A DNA stretch of 64,000 bases, from the NCBI GenBank assembly GCA_001790855.1, contig MGDH01000022.1:7116-71115 (forward strand), given 5' to 3'. The position numbers were made by a program, and so were the translations under genes. This DNA is from Candidatus Schekmanbacteria bacterium RIFCSPLOWO2_02_FULL_38_14 (GTDB lineage Bacteria; Schekmanbacteria; GWA2-38-11). Of the stretch, positions 41,279 through 50,650 are shown piece by piece. The notes under the pieces were generated by a model, which saw nothing but the letters and a program-made list of their open reading frames with translations, was not told the DNA's origin and searched no databases. How positions within the stretch are numbered: the stretch's first letter is position 1; each line of letters opens with the position of its first letter.

Positions 41279-42220
41279 GTGAAAAAAGCTTTAGTAACTG
41301 GCGGGGCAGGTTTTATTGCTTCCCACGTTGTTGATGCCCTGATTGAAAGAGGTTACGAGGTTGCAATAGTTGATAACCTTTCAACAGGGTATGAGAGAAA
41401 CCTCAACTCAAAGGCTAAATTCTATAAAATGGATATAAGGGACGAGAACCTTAAAGATGTTTTTGATAAGGAAAAACCCGAACTTGTAAACCATCATGCT
41501 GCTCAGATGGATGTGAGAAAATCTGTTACAGACCCGATTTATGATGCTCAGGTAAATGTTCTTGGCTCTTTAAACCTTCTTGAAAACTGCAAAAGAGTTG
41601 GAGTTAAAAAGATAGTTTATGCTTCAACAGGAGGCGCGGTTTATGGTGAGCCAAGCCCCGATATTTTTCCTGTTGATGAGAAGTGTGATGTTGATCCACT
41701 TTCCCAGTATGGAATTACAAAGCATGTTGTAGAGCATTATTTATCACTTTATTATAAACTCTACAGCTTGAGATATGCTGTTCTGAGATACCCCAATGTC
41801 TATGGACCGAGGCAGGATCCTCACGGTGAGGCAGGAGTTGTTGCAATTTTCACAGAACAGATGCTTGAAGGAATTACTCCAAAGATTTTTGGTGATGGTT
41901 CTAAAACAAGAGACTACGTATTTGTTGGAGACATAGTAAAAGCTAATATGATTGCCATTGATAAAGGGGAGAATGATGTTTTTAATCTTGGCTGGGGCAG
42001 GGAAATTACTGATTTTGAAATATTTGATGCAATACGTATAGCATTGGGGCTGAAAATTAAACCAATTTATGCAGAGAAACGGCTTGGAGAGATAGACAGA
42101 ATCTGCCTTGATGCTTCAAAGGCAAAAAAAGTTTTAGGCTGGCAGCCAACTGTATGCCTAAAAGAAGGGATTGCAAAGGCAGTTGAGTATTACAGGAAGA
42201 AAAAAACAGGCTCATTGTAA
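41279..42220 (+). CDS. NAD-dependent epimerase/dehydratase (GalE-like)
   Basis: 'VTGGAGFI', 'STGGAVYG', 'YGITK', 'NVYGPRQ'. Confidence 0.9.
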   Translation: MKKALVTGGAGFIASHVVDALIERGYEVAIVDNLSTGYERNLNSKAKFYKMDIRDENLKDVFDKEKPELVNHHAAQMDVRKSVTDPIYDAQVNVLGSLNLLENCKRVGVKKIVYASTGGAVYGEPSPDIFPVDEKCDVDPLSQYGITKHVVEHYLSLYYKLYSLRYAVLRYPNVYGPRQDPHGEAGVVAIFTEQMLEGITPKIFGDGSKTRDYVFVGDIVKANMIAIDKGENDVFNLGWGREITDFEIFDAIRIALGLKIKPIYAEKRLGEIDRICLDASKAKKVLGWQPTVCLKEGIAKAVEYYRKKKTGSL

Positions 42221-42763
42221 GATTTCGCTTTTCCTAAAAAGTGCTTCAAATTCATAACCTTCCTTTTGAACATTTTTCCTTCCACCCTCTTCGCGGTCAA
42301 CAAGGGCAATTACTTTTATTATTTTACCTCTTTCATTTTCAACTGCTTTTATTATTTTTAGTGTTGAAGCCCCTGTTGTCACAACATCCTCAACAATTAT
42401 AACCCTGTTTCCGGGTTTGAATATTCCTTCAATCATTTTCATTGTTCCATGGGATTTTGCCTCTTTTCTCACATAGAAACCCGGGACAGGTTTTTCTGAC
42501 AACGCACTTGCAATTGAAACAGCGCTTACAATCGGGTCAGCACCAAGGGTTGGACCTCCTATGCAGTCAAAATCCAGATGTTTTATTTTTTTAAAAATAA
42601 TTTCTCCTATTAATTTTGCTCCCATTGGATGCAATGATGTTCTGCGCATATCAATATAGAAATTACTCTTTTTCCCGGAAGCTAATATGAATTCTCCTTT
42701 AAATACTGATTCTTTTTTTATAATATCAAGCAACTGTTTTTTAAGTTTCTCAATTTTATCCAT
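42212..42763 (-). CDS. pyrE: Orotate phosphoribosyltransferase
   Basis: 'F.LASG..S..YID', 'RKEAK.HG', 'VEDVVTTG.S'. Confidence 0.95.
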   Translation of the reverse strand: MDKIEKLKKQLLDIIKKESVFKGEFILASGKKSNFYIDMRRTSLHPMGAKLIGEIIFKKIKHLDFDCIGGPTLGADPIVSAVSIASALSEKPVPGFYVRKEAKSHGTMKMIEGIFKPGNRVIIVEDVVTTGASTLKIIKAVENERGKIIKVIALVDREEGGRKNVQKEGYEFEALFRKSEILQ

Positions 42764-42807
42764 TTCCGCTCCTAAAAATTTACAGTTTATAGCCTGAAGC
42801 TAACCAA

Positions 42808-44316
42808 TTAATTATATTCTATAATTTCAGCTTGGATTTTTCCAATTATATTTACAAGTGGACTTATATCATCAAAGGTTTCTCCTTCGACGAATTTTAT
42901 ATGAGTTGCATCAGCAGGAATCTGGTTGAATGTAGGGTCAATAGCAACCCATTTCCCAGCATAGCTTTCAGCCCAGGCATGATAGAGAAAACCTTTTTCC
43001 TCCATATAGACTATCCCTGAAACGATTTTTGTTGGTATGCCAGAAGCCCTTGCAAGGGCTGTGTAGAGATAAGTGTGCGCCTGACATTCTCCTTTTTTTG
43101 AATGAAGAACGTTCAGTGCTGAGAATGAATCAGAAAAATCATTTTCAACTTCCCTACTTACCCACTGTACAAGCTTCTTTATTGCAATAAAAGAGTTTTT
43201 TTCATCTCCAACTACTTCTTTGGATTTTTCAATAATCTCCTGATTGGAACTCTGGATGTAAATAGACGGTTTTAGATATTTATTCAGCAGAGGCTCATTT
43301 ATTGGCAGCAATGATGGTTTTTCTATTTCAGCAGGGATTAAATCTATTTTATACTCAACCTTTGAAATGCCATTTTTAGCAAGCTTATATGCTTTCTGTC
43401 TCTCATCAGAGATTATAGCATCTTCCTCATCCATTCCTACCAGCTTTAAATGGAGAGTTTTAACATTCTTGGGGTTGTTGATAATTTTATCAGCTTTTAC
43501 CAGGCTGAAATCAAGAAGGATGTCATCTTTAGAGAGGCTTTCCTGATATATAAATTTTTTTGCAGAGATTTCATCTTCTTTCATTGAGATTAAAAGCCCC
43601 CCCATTTCAATTTCAATAAGGCTTTCACCATCTTTATTTATCCAGCTATCTGCGCTTACAAGTCCAATTGATGTTCTGACCTTGAATGCAGGTTCATCAC
43701 AGAGTTCATTTTTTTCATAGGAAAGAATTTTTTGTTTTATGTTCTGGAGTGATTGTATTTCTAAAAGGTAACTCTGATAGCTAAAAACATCTCCAATTTT
43801 AAATCCTTTAAGAAAAGGATAGAGATATGGTGCAGTTGAGGAATATAGTTTATTTTTTAATTTAAATTTTTGGGAATGGGTTAAGTTTTCATCTACAATT
43901 TTAACTGTAAGTTCTTCATCTTTAACTTCACCATTCATAATAACCTTTTTATCCCCAATCCTCTCCTCTCCGGAGAAGCTAATAAGAGAAAGGTCTGGAT
44001 TTACGAGGTCTGTTTCTTTAAGATTTATTTCTTGCTTAAAACCTAAAAAGCTGAATTTTAGAAGTGCTTCTGATGTTATTTTGTAGACTTCAGGGTTGTC
44101 CTGATATTTTTCAATCTTGTAATGGTTAAACCCTACTTTTTTCTGCCCGTTGAGTATTATCCCGAACCATGATTCATTATGCTTGAGGTTAGATAGATTT
44201 TCAAATGGCTTGACCGGCTCAGTGAGTGGGATCTTCTTTGCATACATCCATGAGAAATTACAGCATGCTGAAAGAAAAAACGGAGAAATTAAAATTAAAA
44301 ATGTTTTATGTTTCAT
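42808..44316 (-). CDS. Transglutaminase-like domain lipoprotein
   Basis: Lipobox 'LSAC' and Cys-His-Asp triad 'GECQ...HAW...DPT'. Confidence 0.85.
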   Translation of the reverse strand: MKHKTFLILISPFFLSACCNFSWMYAKKIPLTEPVKPFENLSNLKHNESWFGIILNGQKKVGFNHYKIEKYQDNPEVYKITSEALLKFSFLGFKQEINLKETDLVNPDLSLISFSGEERIGDKKVIMNGEVKDEELTVKIVDENLTHSQKFKLKNKLYSSTAPYLYPFLKGFKIGDVFSYQSYLLEIQSLQNIKQKILSYEKNELCDEPAFKVRTSIGLVSADSWINKDGESLIEIEMGGLLISMKEDEISAKKFIYQESLSKDDILLDFSLVKADKIINNPKNVKTLHLKLVGMDEEDAIISDERQKAYKLAKNGISKVEYKIDLIPAEIEKPSLLPINEPLLNKYLKPSIYIQSSNQEIIEKSKEVVGDEKNSFIAIKKLVQWVSREVENDFSDSFSALNVLHSKKGECQAHTYLYTALARASGIPTKIVSGIVYMEEKGFLYHAWAESYAGKWVAIDPTFNQIPADATHIKFVEGETFDDISPLVNIIGKIQAEIIEYN

Positions 44317-44459
44317 ATGTCCTACTAGTTTTAATTAATTTAAAACATATCAGGAGTAAAGGCAATTAAAAACAGGATTGTTCTGACTTTTATGTTGAAT
44401 TATTTAACAGAATTCCTATGTTTAGTATAGAAATAAAAATTATTATAAGGAGGAATGAA

Positions 44460-45231
44460 ATGAAAAAAAGATTGATCCTAATAAATGTTTGCTTGCTGGT
44501 TTTATTAAGTTTTTTATCATTTGAATACTTGCAAGCAGGTTATAGTGTTGGTGGAAAAAAGGGTAGTAAAATCACAAAGGTTCAGCTTTTACCTCAGACT
44601 GCAAAGGTTAAGGTTGGAAAGACAAGGAAATTTACTGCAAATGTAATTGGCAAGGGCAAGTTTAACAGGAGTGTATTATGGTCTGTTGATGGCGGAGATG
44701 TTGACGGTACATTTTCTTCTACAGGGAGTAAACAAGCGACCTATCAAGCCCCTGATTCTGTTCCTGAAGGTGGAAAGGTAATAATTCCGTGCAACAAGCA
44801 ATGGTGATAGTTTAGTCTCAGGAACAGCAAACATTACAATCTTAGGAGTTTCGACTACAACAACAACTACAACCACTACTTCAACCACAACAACCACTAT
44901 TCCAACAGCTATTCCAGGAAGCAGCGTTAACAATACAATCACAATTGAAAATTTTTCCTTTAGCCCTATTAATATAAGCGTTGACTCGGGAACTACAATA
45001 ACTGTTACAAATAAAGACGGAAGCGGGCACTCAGTGACAAGCCAGGCTAAAGCAGGAGATTTTAAATCAGGCTCAGTTGGCGGAGTTTCTTTTGACACAG
45101 GTTTATTTACAACTACTGACCAAACAATTACGATTCCATCTGATGCGGTTTCAGGAACTGTTATTCCATATTTTTGCACACTTCACAAATCCTCTATGTC
45201 AACTAAAAACGGCTATGTGACTGTGGAATAA
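44460..45231 (+). pseudogene. Frameshifted secreted Ig-like / Thr-rich / cupredoxin protein
   Basis: AGGAGG RBS and signal peptide at 44460. One extra C at 44787-44788 splits the gene. The downstream frame reads RATSNG...TTTTTT...FSFSP...GHSVT...YFCTLHKSSM (type-1 Cu ligands). Confidence 0.8.
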
Positions 45232-45254
45232 ATGGAAAGTGAGAGGGAATTGTT

Positions 45255-45577
45255 TTATTCAAGTATTTCATTTGCTATGGCATCGTGTTTTTCAGAATTG
45301 TATTCTCTATCGCTATTTTATCTTCTTCTATTATTTTTTCCTCTCTCTCACCTGTTCTGTTATCCACTGCAACTATCCTGCACCTGCTTCCGAAAACGCA
45401 GATTACTTCGTTTTGATATTGATGATAATGATTCCCGCGAACAACTTCTGGTTTAAGACTTACAAGATGCAGATTGAAAAGCTTTTTGCTTTGAAGCTCT
45501 TCATCGCTGATTGGTCTTATTGCAATACCGCGGTTATCAGATGAGAAGTTTAAATCCTCAATTTTTATAAATTTCAT
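45255..45577 (-). pseudogene. WxcM/RmlC-like cupin with internal deletion and frameshift
   Basis: 'DNRG', 'RGNHYH....E' first motif present. Second His motif missing. The natural C-terminus SDREYNSEKHDAIANEILE* lies in another frame. Confidence 0.65.
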
Positions 45578-45597
45578 AACATCTCACTTTTATGTTT

Positions 45598-45722
45598 AAG
45601 TTCCAAATTCTAATATCTAAATCCTAAACAAATTCCAAATTCTAATCACCTAAATTCAAAACAAATTTGAAGATTTGAATTTTGGATTTAGATATTGTTT
45701 AGGATTTCGAATTTAGGATTTA
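45598..45722. repeat. AT-rich inverted element of 7-nt AAATYCW units, copy A (intact)
   Basis: Left arm AAATTCTAATATCTAAATCCTAAACAAATTCC is an imperfect reverse complement of right arm TTTAGATATTGTTTAGGATTTCGAATTTAGGATTT. Confidence 0.75.
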
Positions 45723-45735
45723 ATCCCACTATCTA

Positions 45736-46587
45736 TCATTTCCACGCAATTAATATGCTTATGTACGGTGATTTTATTGCTTCCTGTGCTTCCTTGTCAA
45801 AAAAGTAGTAATTGCTATAATATTTATCAAGCTCTGCTTTTACATCACTGTATAGCAGAGTTTTAGCGCCTATTTTTGAAAATGCCTTGTCATATCCATA
45901 AATCTTTCCTGTGATACTAAGCCAGTCTCCGAGAACAAGGATATCTGCAGCTTTTGCAATGTTTGCAATTGAACTTATGCCTGCATAGGTTATTGTGTAG
46001 CGCTCGTATAAAAGGGCTGGTGGAGTTATAGAGGCGAGGAGTTCTTTTGATGGTGATTCCTTAATGTCCCAGAGAAACGGGTTTATTTTAACTTCTGGGA
46101 AATCTTCTTTTAGCTTATCTATTACTTTATTTATTACAGGTTTTGACTCGGTGACAACAAGTGGAAAATAGTTTTTTTTACTTTTCATTGCTTTGCAGGC
46201 AAGACGTGTTAGTTTGCCGTTTCCTGCGCCTATTTCCAAAAGAGTTTTAGGTTTGATTGCTCCAGCAAGTGTGATTGCAATTTCTACAACTGTTTCCCCG
46301 AAAAACTGGTGAAAAACTCCGCCTGAAATTGCTGCAAAGGCTTCTCTCAGTTTAGGGCTGTTCCAGTCAAACTCTCCAAGGTTTTCCATTTCAATCAAAA
46401 TCTTCATTGCCCGCAGTTCGTTGTGGAATGCTTTTGGAATTTTATTTTCATCTACCGGTTGGCGATGATAAACCTTTTCTGACGCTTCAGCCCAGATTTC
46501 CCAGTTTTCAAAATGCTCTATCTGAAAACGAGTATATCTTTCTTGAAGAGCTACGAGTTTATCTTTTACAAGCTGGTGGTTAAGCAT
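45736..46587 (-). CDS. Hypothetical class I SAM-dependent methyltransferase-like protein
   Basis: Motif I 'LLEIGAGNG'. AAGGGA RBS. Confidence 0.55.
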   Translation of the reverse strand: MLNHQLVKDKLVALQERYTRFQIEHFENWEIWAEASEKVYHRQPVDENKIPKAFHNELRAMKILIEMENLGEFDWNSPKLREAFAAISGGVFHQFFGETVVEIAITLAGAIKPKTLLEIGAGNGKLTRLACKAMKSKKNYFPLVVTESKPVINKVIDKLKEDFPEVKINPFLWDIKESPSKELLASITPPALLYERYTITYAGISSIANIAKAADILVLGDWLSITGKIYGYDKAFSKIGAKTLLYSDVKAELDKYYSNYYFFDKEAQEAIKSPYISILIAWK

Positions 46588-46637
46588 TTAAAAATCCCTT
46601 ATGTGTAAAGGGTTAAAGGATTCGAGGATTTCCGGGT

Positions 46638-47357
46638 TTATCCCTGTTGTACGAGCTTTTTTACTTTTTCAACAACATCCTTACTTTCTGAAAATCCTTT
46701 TGGACATTCAACAACGCATTCAGATGGCTTTTCGCATTTAAGGATTCCAAGTTCCCTTAACTCATGGATTCTTGCATCTCTTGTTGCATCTCTTGCATCA
46801 AGGATGAACCTATATGATTTTACAATGCTGGCTGGGCTTAAAAAAGAGCTGTCCTTATCGAGTACCATACAATCTGAATGGCATACAGCACAAAGTGTGC
46901 ACTGGGAGATCTTTGTGAGAGTATTGAAATCATCAGAATAATTAACCCTGAATTCACCTGATTCCGGAATTTTTGAAAAATCCTTTACAAGCCATGGCTT
47001 TGCTTTTTTCAAATTTTCTATGAAGGGTTCAAGGTCAACAACGAGGTCTTTAATGAGATTAAAATGCTTTAATGGCTCAATTACTATTACCCCGTTTTTA
47101 GGGAGTATGTCCTTTGCCTGAGTATTACAGGCGAGCATTGCCTTTCCATTAATGCGGACTGCGCAGGAACCACAGATGGCGCTTCTGCATGAACGTCTAA
47201 AGGTCAGTGTTCCATCAATTGTTTCTTTTATCTTAATCAGGGTATCAAGAACAGTCTCTCCGCCGGTGATTTTAATCTTGTAGTTTTTAAAATGTGGTTT
47301 GGGGTCTGTATCCTTATTGAACCTCTGGATTTCAAGGGTGATTTGTTTGTCCTTCAT
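46638..47357 (-). CDS. frdB: Succinate dehydrogenase/fumarate reductase Fe-S subunit
   Basis: 'SCRSAICGSC...LAC' (2Fe-2S), 'CTLCAVCHSDC', 'CEKPSECVVECP'. Confidence 0.9.
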   Translation of the reverse strand: MKDKQITLEIQRFNKDTDPKPHFKNYKIKITGGETVLDTLIKIKETIDGTLTFRRSCRSAICGSCAVRINGKAMLACNTQAKDILPKNGVIVIEPLKHFNLIKDLVVDLEPFIENLKKAKPWLVKDFSKIPESGEFRVNYSDDFNTLTKISQCTLCAVCHSDCMVLDKDSSFLSPASIVKSYRFILDARDATRDARIHELRELGILKCEKPSECVVECPKGFSESKDVVEKVKKLVQQG

Positions 47358-47384
47358 TTTTGCTCCTTTAGTAATTATAAGTTT

Positions 47385-47492
47385 AAATGACAAAATCCAA
47401 ATTTCAAATCAATAACAAAATCCAAATGTTAAAAGTTTTAATCATTGGAGCTTTGAATTTCATTTGAACTTTGAGATTTAGCATTTGTCATT
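47385..47492. repeat. Related AT-rich 7-nt-period inverted element (AATGACAAA...TTTGTCATT ends)
   Basis: Terminal IR AATGACAAA/TTTGTCATT with inner AAATCCA/AAATTTC units. Confidence 0.65.
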
Positions 47493-47500
47493 AGCTTGTC

Positions 47501-49177
47501 TTAATAAACCCTTTTCTGTGGCTGATACTTTGTTACAGACACTGGCTCGTAGGAAATATTTATTTTTCCATCCTTGCCTTTTTTTGCGATAGTATGCTTC
47601 ATCCAGTTTTTGTCATTTCTTTCAGTATAGTCATTCCTGTAATGTGCTCCTCTGCTTTCCTTCCTGTTCAGGGCACCAAGGGCTATAATCTCAGAAATCG
47701 TAAGAAGGAACTCCATCTCAATGACTGAAGTGAGCTGTGTATTGTAAACAGTGCCTTTGTCCTGGATAAAAACTTTTTTTGCCCTTTCCTGAAGTTTCTT
47801 TATTTCTTTAAGAGCCTGTTCTATTTCATTACCGACTCTAAAGACCCCTACTTTGAATGTAAGAATTTCTGAAAGTTCTTTTCTTATTGCAGAGGATGAT
47901 TCTTTTCCTTTACGGTCAACAAGCTTCTTTATCCTTTTCTCTTCATCTTTTAGAATATTTTCGCTTATCTTGGAAAACTCAGCGGATGATACAAATTTTT
48001 CTAAATTTCTTCCGACTCTTCTGCCAAAAACAACTGTCTCAAGAAGTGAATTTCCTCCAAGCCTGTTGGCTCCGTGGACACTTACGCAGCCACACTCTCC
48101 AACCGCATACAGCCCTTTTATGTTTGTTTCTCCGTTAACATTATTCCTGATTCCGCCCATGGAATAGTGCTGTGCGGGTTGAACAGGCATTGGTTCTTTA
48201 ACTATGTCAACACCTGCAAATTTCTTTGCAAGCTCTTTTACCTGAGGGATCTTTTCATTTATTTTTGCTTCACCAAAGTGAGTTACATCGAGGTGAACAT
48301 ATTCATTCTCAAATCCTCTTCCTTCTCTTACCTCTATTTGTATACACCGAGAAACAACGTCTCTTGGGGCAAGTTCCATTTTTGATGGAACATATCTTTC
48401 CATAAACCTCTCATCTTTGTTGTTTTTAAGATATCCGCCTTCACCCCTTACACCTTCTGATACGAGAATGTTGGTTCCAAAAAGAGTTGTTGGGTGGAAC
48501 TGGACAAATTCCATATCAGCAAGAGGTGTTCCTATCTCATAGGCAAGAGCCATTCCATCACCGGTATTTATATGAGCATTGGTAGTTCGAGCAAAGGCTC
48601 TCCCATATCCCCCTGTTGCTAAGACTATTGCCTTTGTTTTCAAGAGTTCAAAATTACCTTTTTGCATATTATAGCAAATAGCACCTTTGCAGACCCCATC
48701 TTCTGCGATCAATTTGGTGACAAATCGTTCATTATAGATTTTTACATTGCTCTTAAGAAGTTGTTCATAGAGGAGGTGAAGAAGGGTATGACCTGTTAAG
48801 TCTCCAAAAAAACAAGCTCGAGGAAAGCTTGCGCCTCCTAGCTCTCTCTGGGCAATCTTTCCATCCTCAGTCCTGCTAAAGATTGCTCCCATGTGCTCTA
48901 TTTCGTAGATGTTTTCAGGGGCTTCCTTAATGAGAATCTCAATGGCGTTCTGGTCACCAAGATAATCGCCTCCCTTTACAGTATCAAAAATATGGCTTTC
49001 AAGAGTATCTTCAGGGTTAAGTACTGCATTGATTCCTCCCTGCGCTGCACCTGAATGGGAGCGTGTGGGATAGACTTTTGAAATAATTCCTACGTTGGCA
49101 TATTTAGATGCTTCTATTGCAGCCCTCATTCCTGCAATTCCTGCGCCGACTATGACTATGTCGTGGTAAATCATCAA
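47501..49177 (-). CDS. frdA: Succinate dehydrogenase/fumarate reductase flavoprotein subunit
   Basis: '[10 protein letters not shown]' (FAD His), 'QFHPT', 'SEGVRGEGG', 'ELAPRD', 'HYSMGG', '[11 protein letters not shown]'. Confidence 0.95.
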   Translation of the reverse strand: MMIYHDIVIVGAGIAGMRAAIEASKYANVGIISKVYPTRSHSGAAQGGINAVLNPEDTLESHIFDTVKGGDYLGDQNAIEILIKEAPENIYEIEHMGAIFSRTEDGKIAQRELGGASFPRACFFGDLTGHTLLHLLYEQLLKSNVKIYNERFVTKLIAEDGVCKGAICYNMQKGNFELLKTKAIVLATGGYGRAFARTTNAHINTGDGMALAYEIGTPLADMEFVQFHPTTLFGTNILVSEGVRGEGGYLKNNKDERFMERYVPSKMELAPRDVVSRCIQIEVREGRGFENEYVHLDVTHFGEAKINEKIPQVKELAKKFAGVDIVKEPMPVQPAQHYSMGGIRNNVNGETNIKGLYAVGECGCVSVHGANRLGGNSLLETVVFGRRVGRNLEKFVSSAEFSKISENILKDEEKRIKKLVDRKGKESSSAIRKELSEILTFKVGVFRVGNEIEQALKEIKKLQERAKKVFIQDKGTVYNTQLTSVIEMEFLLTISEIIALGALNRKESRGAHYRNDYTERNDKNWMKHTIAKKGKDGKINISYEPVSVTKYQPQKRVY

Positions 49178-49193
49178 TTAATCTCCCTTCTTA

Positions 49194-49406
49194 TTAATAT
49201 AGTCTTACTATTTCTATTGCATCAACAGGACATTTTTCAAGGCAGAGATTGCACAGAGTGCATTCGTCTTCATTTGCCTCAACAGAGATTATGGTGTTAT
49301 CTTTCTTGTCAAAAATATTCACAGGACATATTTTGACACATTCACCACAGTCCTTGAATCCGCGGCATGTTTTCTGGTTGATTTTTATGTTTATGAAAAT
49401 ACTCAT
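49194..49406 (-). CDS. 2x[4Fe-4S]-type ferredoxin
   Basis: 'C....DCGECVKICP' and 'CTLCNLCLEKCP'. Confidence 0.9.
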   Translation of the reverse strand: MSIFINIKINQKTCRGFKDCGECVKICPVNIFDKKDNTIISVEANEDECTLCNLCLEKCPVDAIEIVRLY

Positions 49407-49433
49407 CCTTTTCTCCCTCTGTGTATGAGTTAT

Positions 49434-49570
49434 AAATCCTAAATTCTAATATCTAAATTCCCTGCCTGTCGGCAGACAGGTAAACAATATCAAAATTCCA
49501 ATTTTTAAAACTGTTTTGGATTTTGGTCATTTGAATTTGTTTAGAATTTAGAGCTTAGGCTTTAGAATTT
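49434..49570. repeat. AT-rich 7-nt-period inverted element, copy B (interrupted)
   Basis: 49441-49460 is 19/20 identical to 45605-45624 and resumes with TAAACAA after a 20-bp insert. Confidence 0.75.
49461..49480. repeat. 20-bp mini-palindrome CCTGCCTG-TCGG-CAGACAGG
   Basis: GC-rich hairpin sitting exactly at the junction that is uninterrupted in copy A. Confidence 0.8.
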
Positions 49571-49571
49571 T

Positions 49572-50468
49572 TTATGATACATTCTTTCTAATAAGCTCTA
49601 TTATCTCAGAAAATTTTTCTGCAACAAGGATTCCTGCATCCCTGAATTTTTCTATTTTGCCTTTTGTACTTCCTCTATTTCCTTCAACAATTGCTGCTGC
49701 GTGGCCAAAACGGATACCCGGCATCTCATCAGCGAATCTTCCTGCAACAAATGCGATTATTGGAAGTTTGATTTTGTTTTCCTTTACAAACTCTGCAAGA
49801 AGTTCTTCTGCTGTACCTCCGGGTTCGCAGAAGATTACGATTGCCTTTGTCTGGTTGTCTTTCTGGAAAAGTGGAACGAGGTCAAGGTAGTTTGAACCGA
49901 CAATTGCATCTCCTCCAACGCTAATGCAGGTGCTCTGTCCGATTCCGTTTAATGTCAGGAGGTTGGCAATCTCTGTTGTCATTCCTCCGCTTCTTGAGAT
50001 TATTCCTATATTCCCTTCACTGTAAGCCTTCTTTACATCATCAACTCTTCCGCCAACCATTCCAATTTTGGTCTTGTGAGGCGATATTATTCCAAGGGAG
50101 TTTGGTCCTATTACTGTTGCGCCTTTTTCTCTTGCAAAAGCAACTATCTCAACTACATCCTTTCTTGGAACTCGTTCTGTTACAATGACAACAAGTTTAA
50201 TGCCATTATCAATCGCCTCAAGGCTTGCACCTTTTACCATTCCGGGCGGAACTGATATTATGCTTGCTTCAGCAGGGTGTACGGTTATTGCTTCTTTTAC
50301 TGTATCATAGACAGGGACACCGTAAACATCCCATCCGCCCTTGCCGGGAGTTATTCCTGCAACAACTTTTGAGCCGTAATCAAGTAAATCCCTCGTAAAA
50401 GTGGTTGCCTCTCTGCCGGTAATTCCCTGAATGATTATCCTTGTATTTTCATCAGCCAAGATTGACAT
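49572..50468 (-). CDS. ADP-forming acyl-CoA synthetase alpha subunit (SucD/CcsB-like)
   Basis: 'IQGITG', 'IGPNSLG', 'SRSGG', phospho-His 'FGHAAAI'. Confidence 0.88.
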   Translation of the reverse strand: MSILADENTRIIIQGITGREATTFTRDLLDYGSKVVAGITPGKGGWDVYGVPVYDTVKEAITVHPAEASIISVPPGMVKGASLEAIDNGIKLVVIVTERVPRKDVVEIVAFAREKGATVIGPNSLGIISPHKTKIGMVGGRVDDVKKAYSEGNIGIISRSGGMTTEIANLLTLNGIGQSTCISVGGDAIVGSNYLDLVPLFQKDNQTKAIVIFCEPGGTAEELLAEFVKENKIKLPIIAFVAGRFADEMPGIRFGHAAAIVEGNRGSTKGKIEKFRDAGILVAEKFSEIIELIRKNVS

Positions 50469-50506
50469 CTCATTCTCCTTAATTTATCTCTTGAACTTTA
50501 TTTTTT

Positions 50507-50623
50507 GTCATTGCGAGCGACCAACGGGAGCGTGGCAATCTCATCTTTTACTTGGGAATGTTGTAACATGTTACTATAATTACTGAATTGAGATTGCTTC
50601 GTCGCTTTGCTCCTCGCAATGAC
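50507..50623. repeat. Palindromic GTCATTGCGAG...CTCGCAATGAC element, copy 2
   Basis: Same arms as 27333-27437 with a different loop, which contains the palindrome GTAACATGTTAC. Confidence 0.85.
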
Positions 50624-50650
50624 TTTTTAAAACTGTTCACTAATCACTGT

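Noticed and set aside
44676..45179. 167-aa minus-strand Val-rich ORF
   Set aside because: Antisense of the Thr-rich cupredoxin frame.
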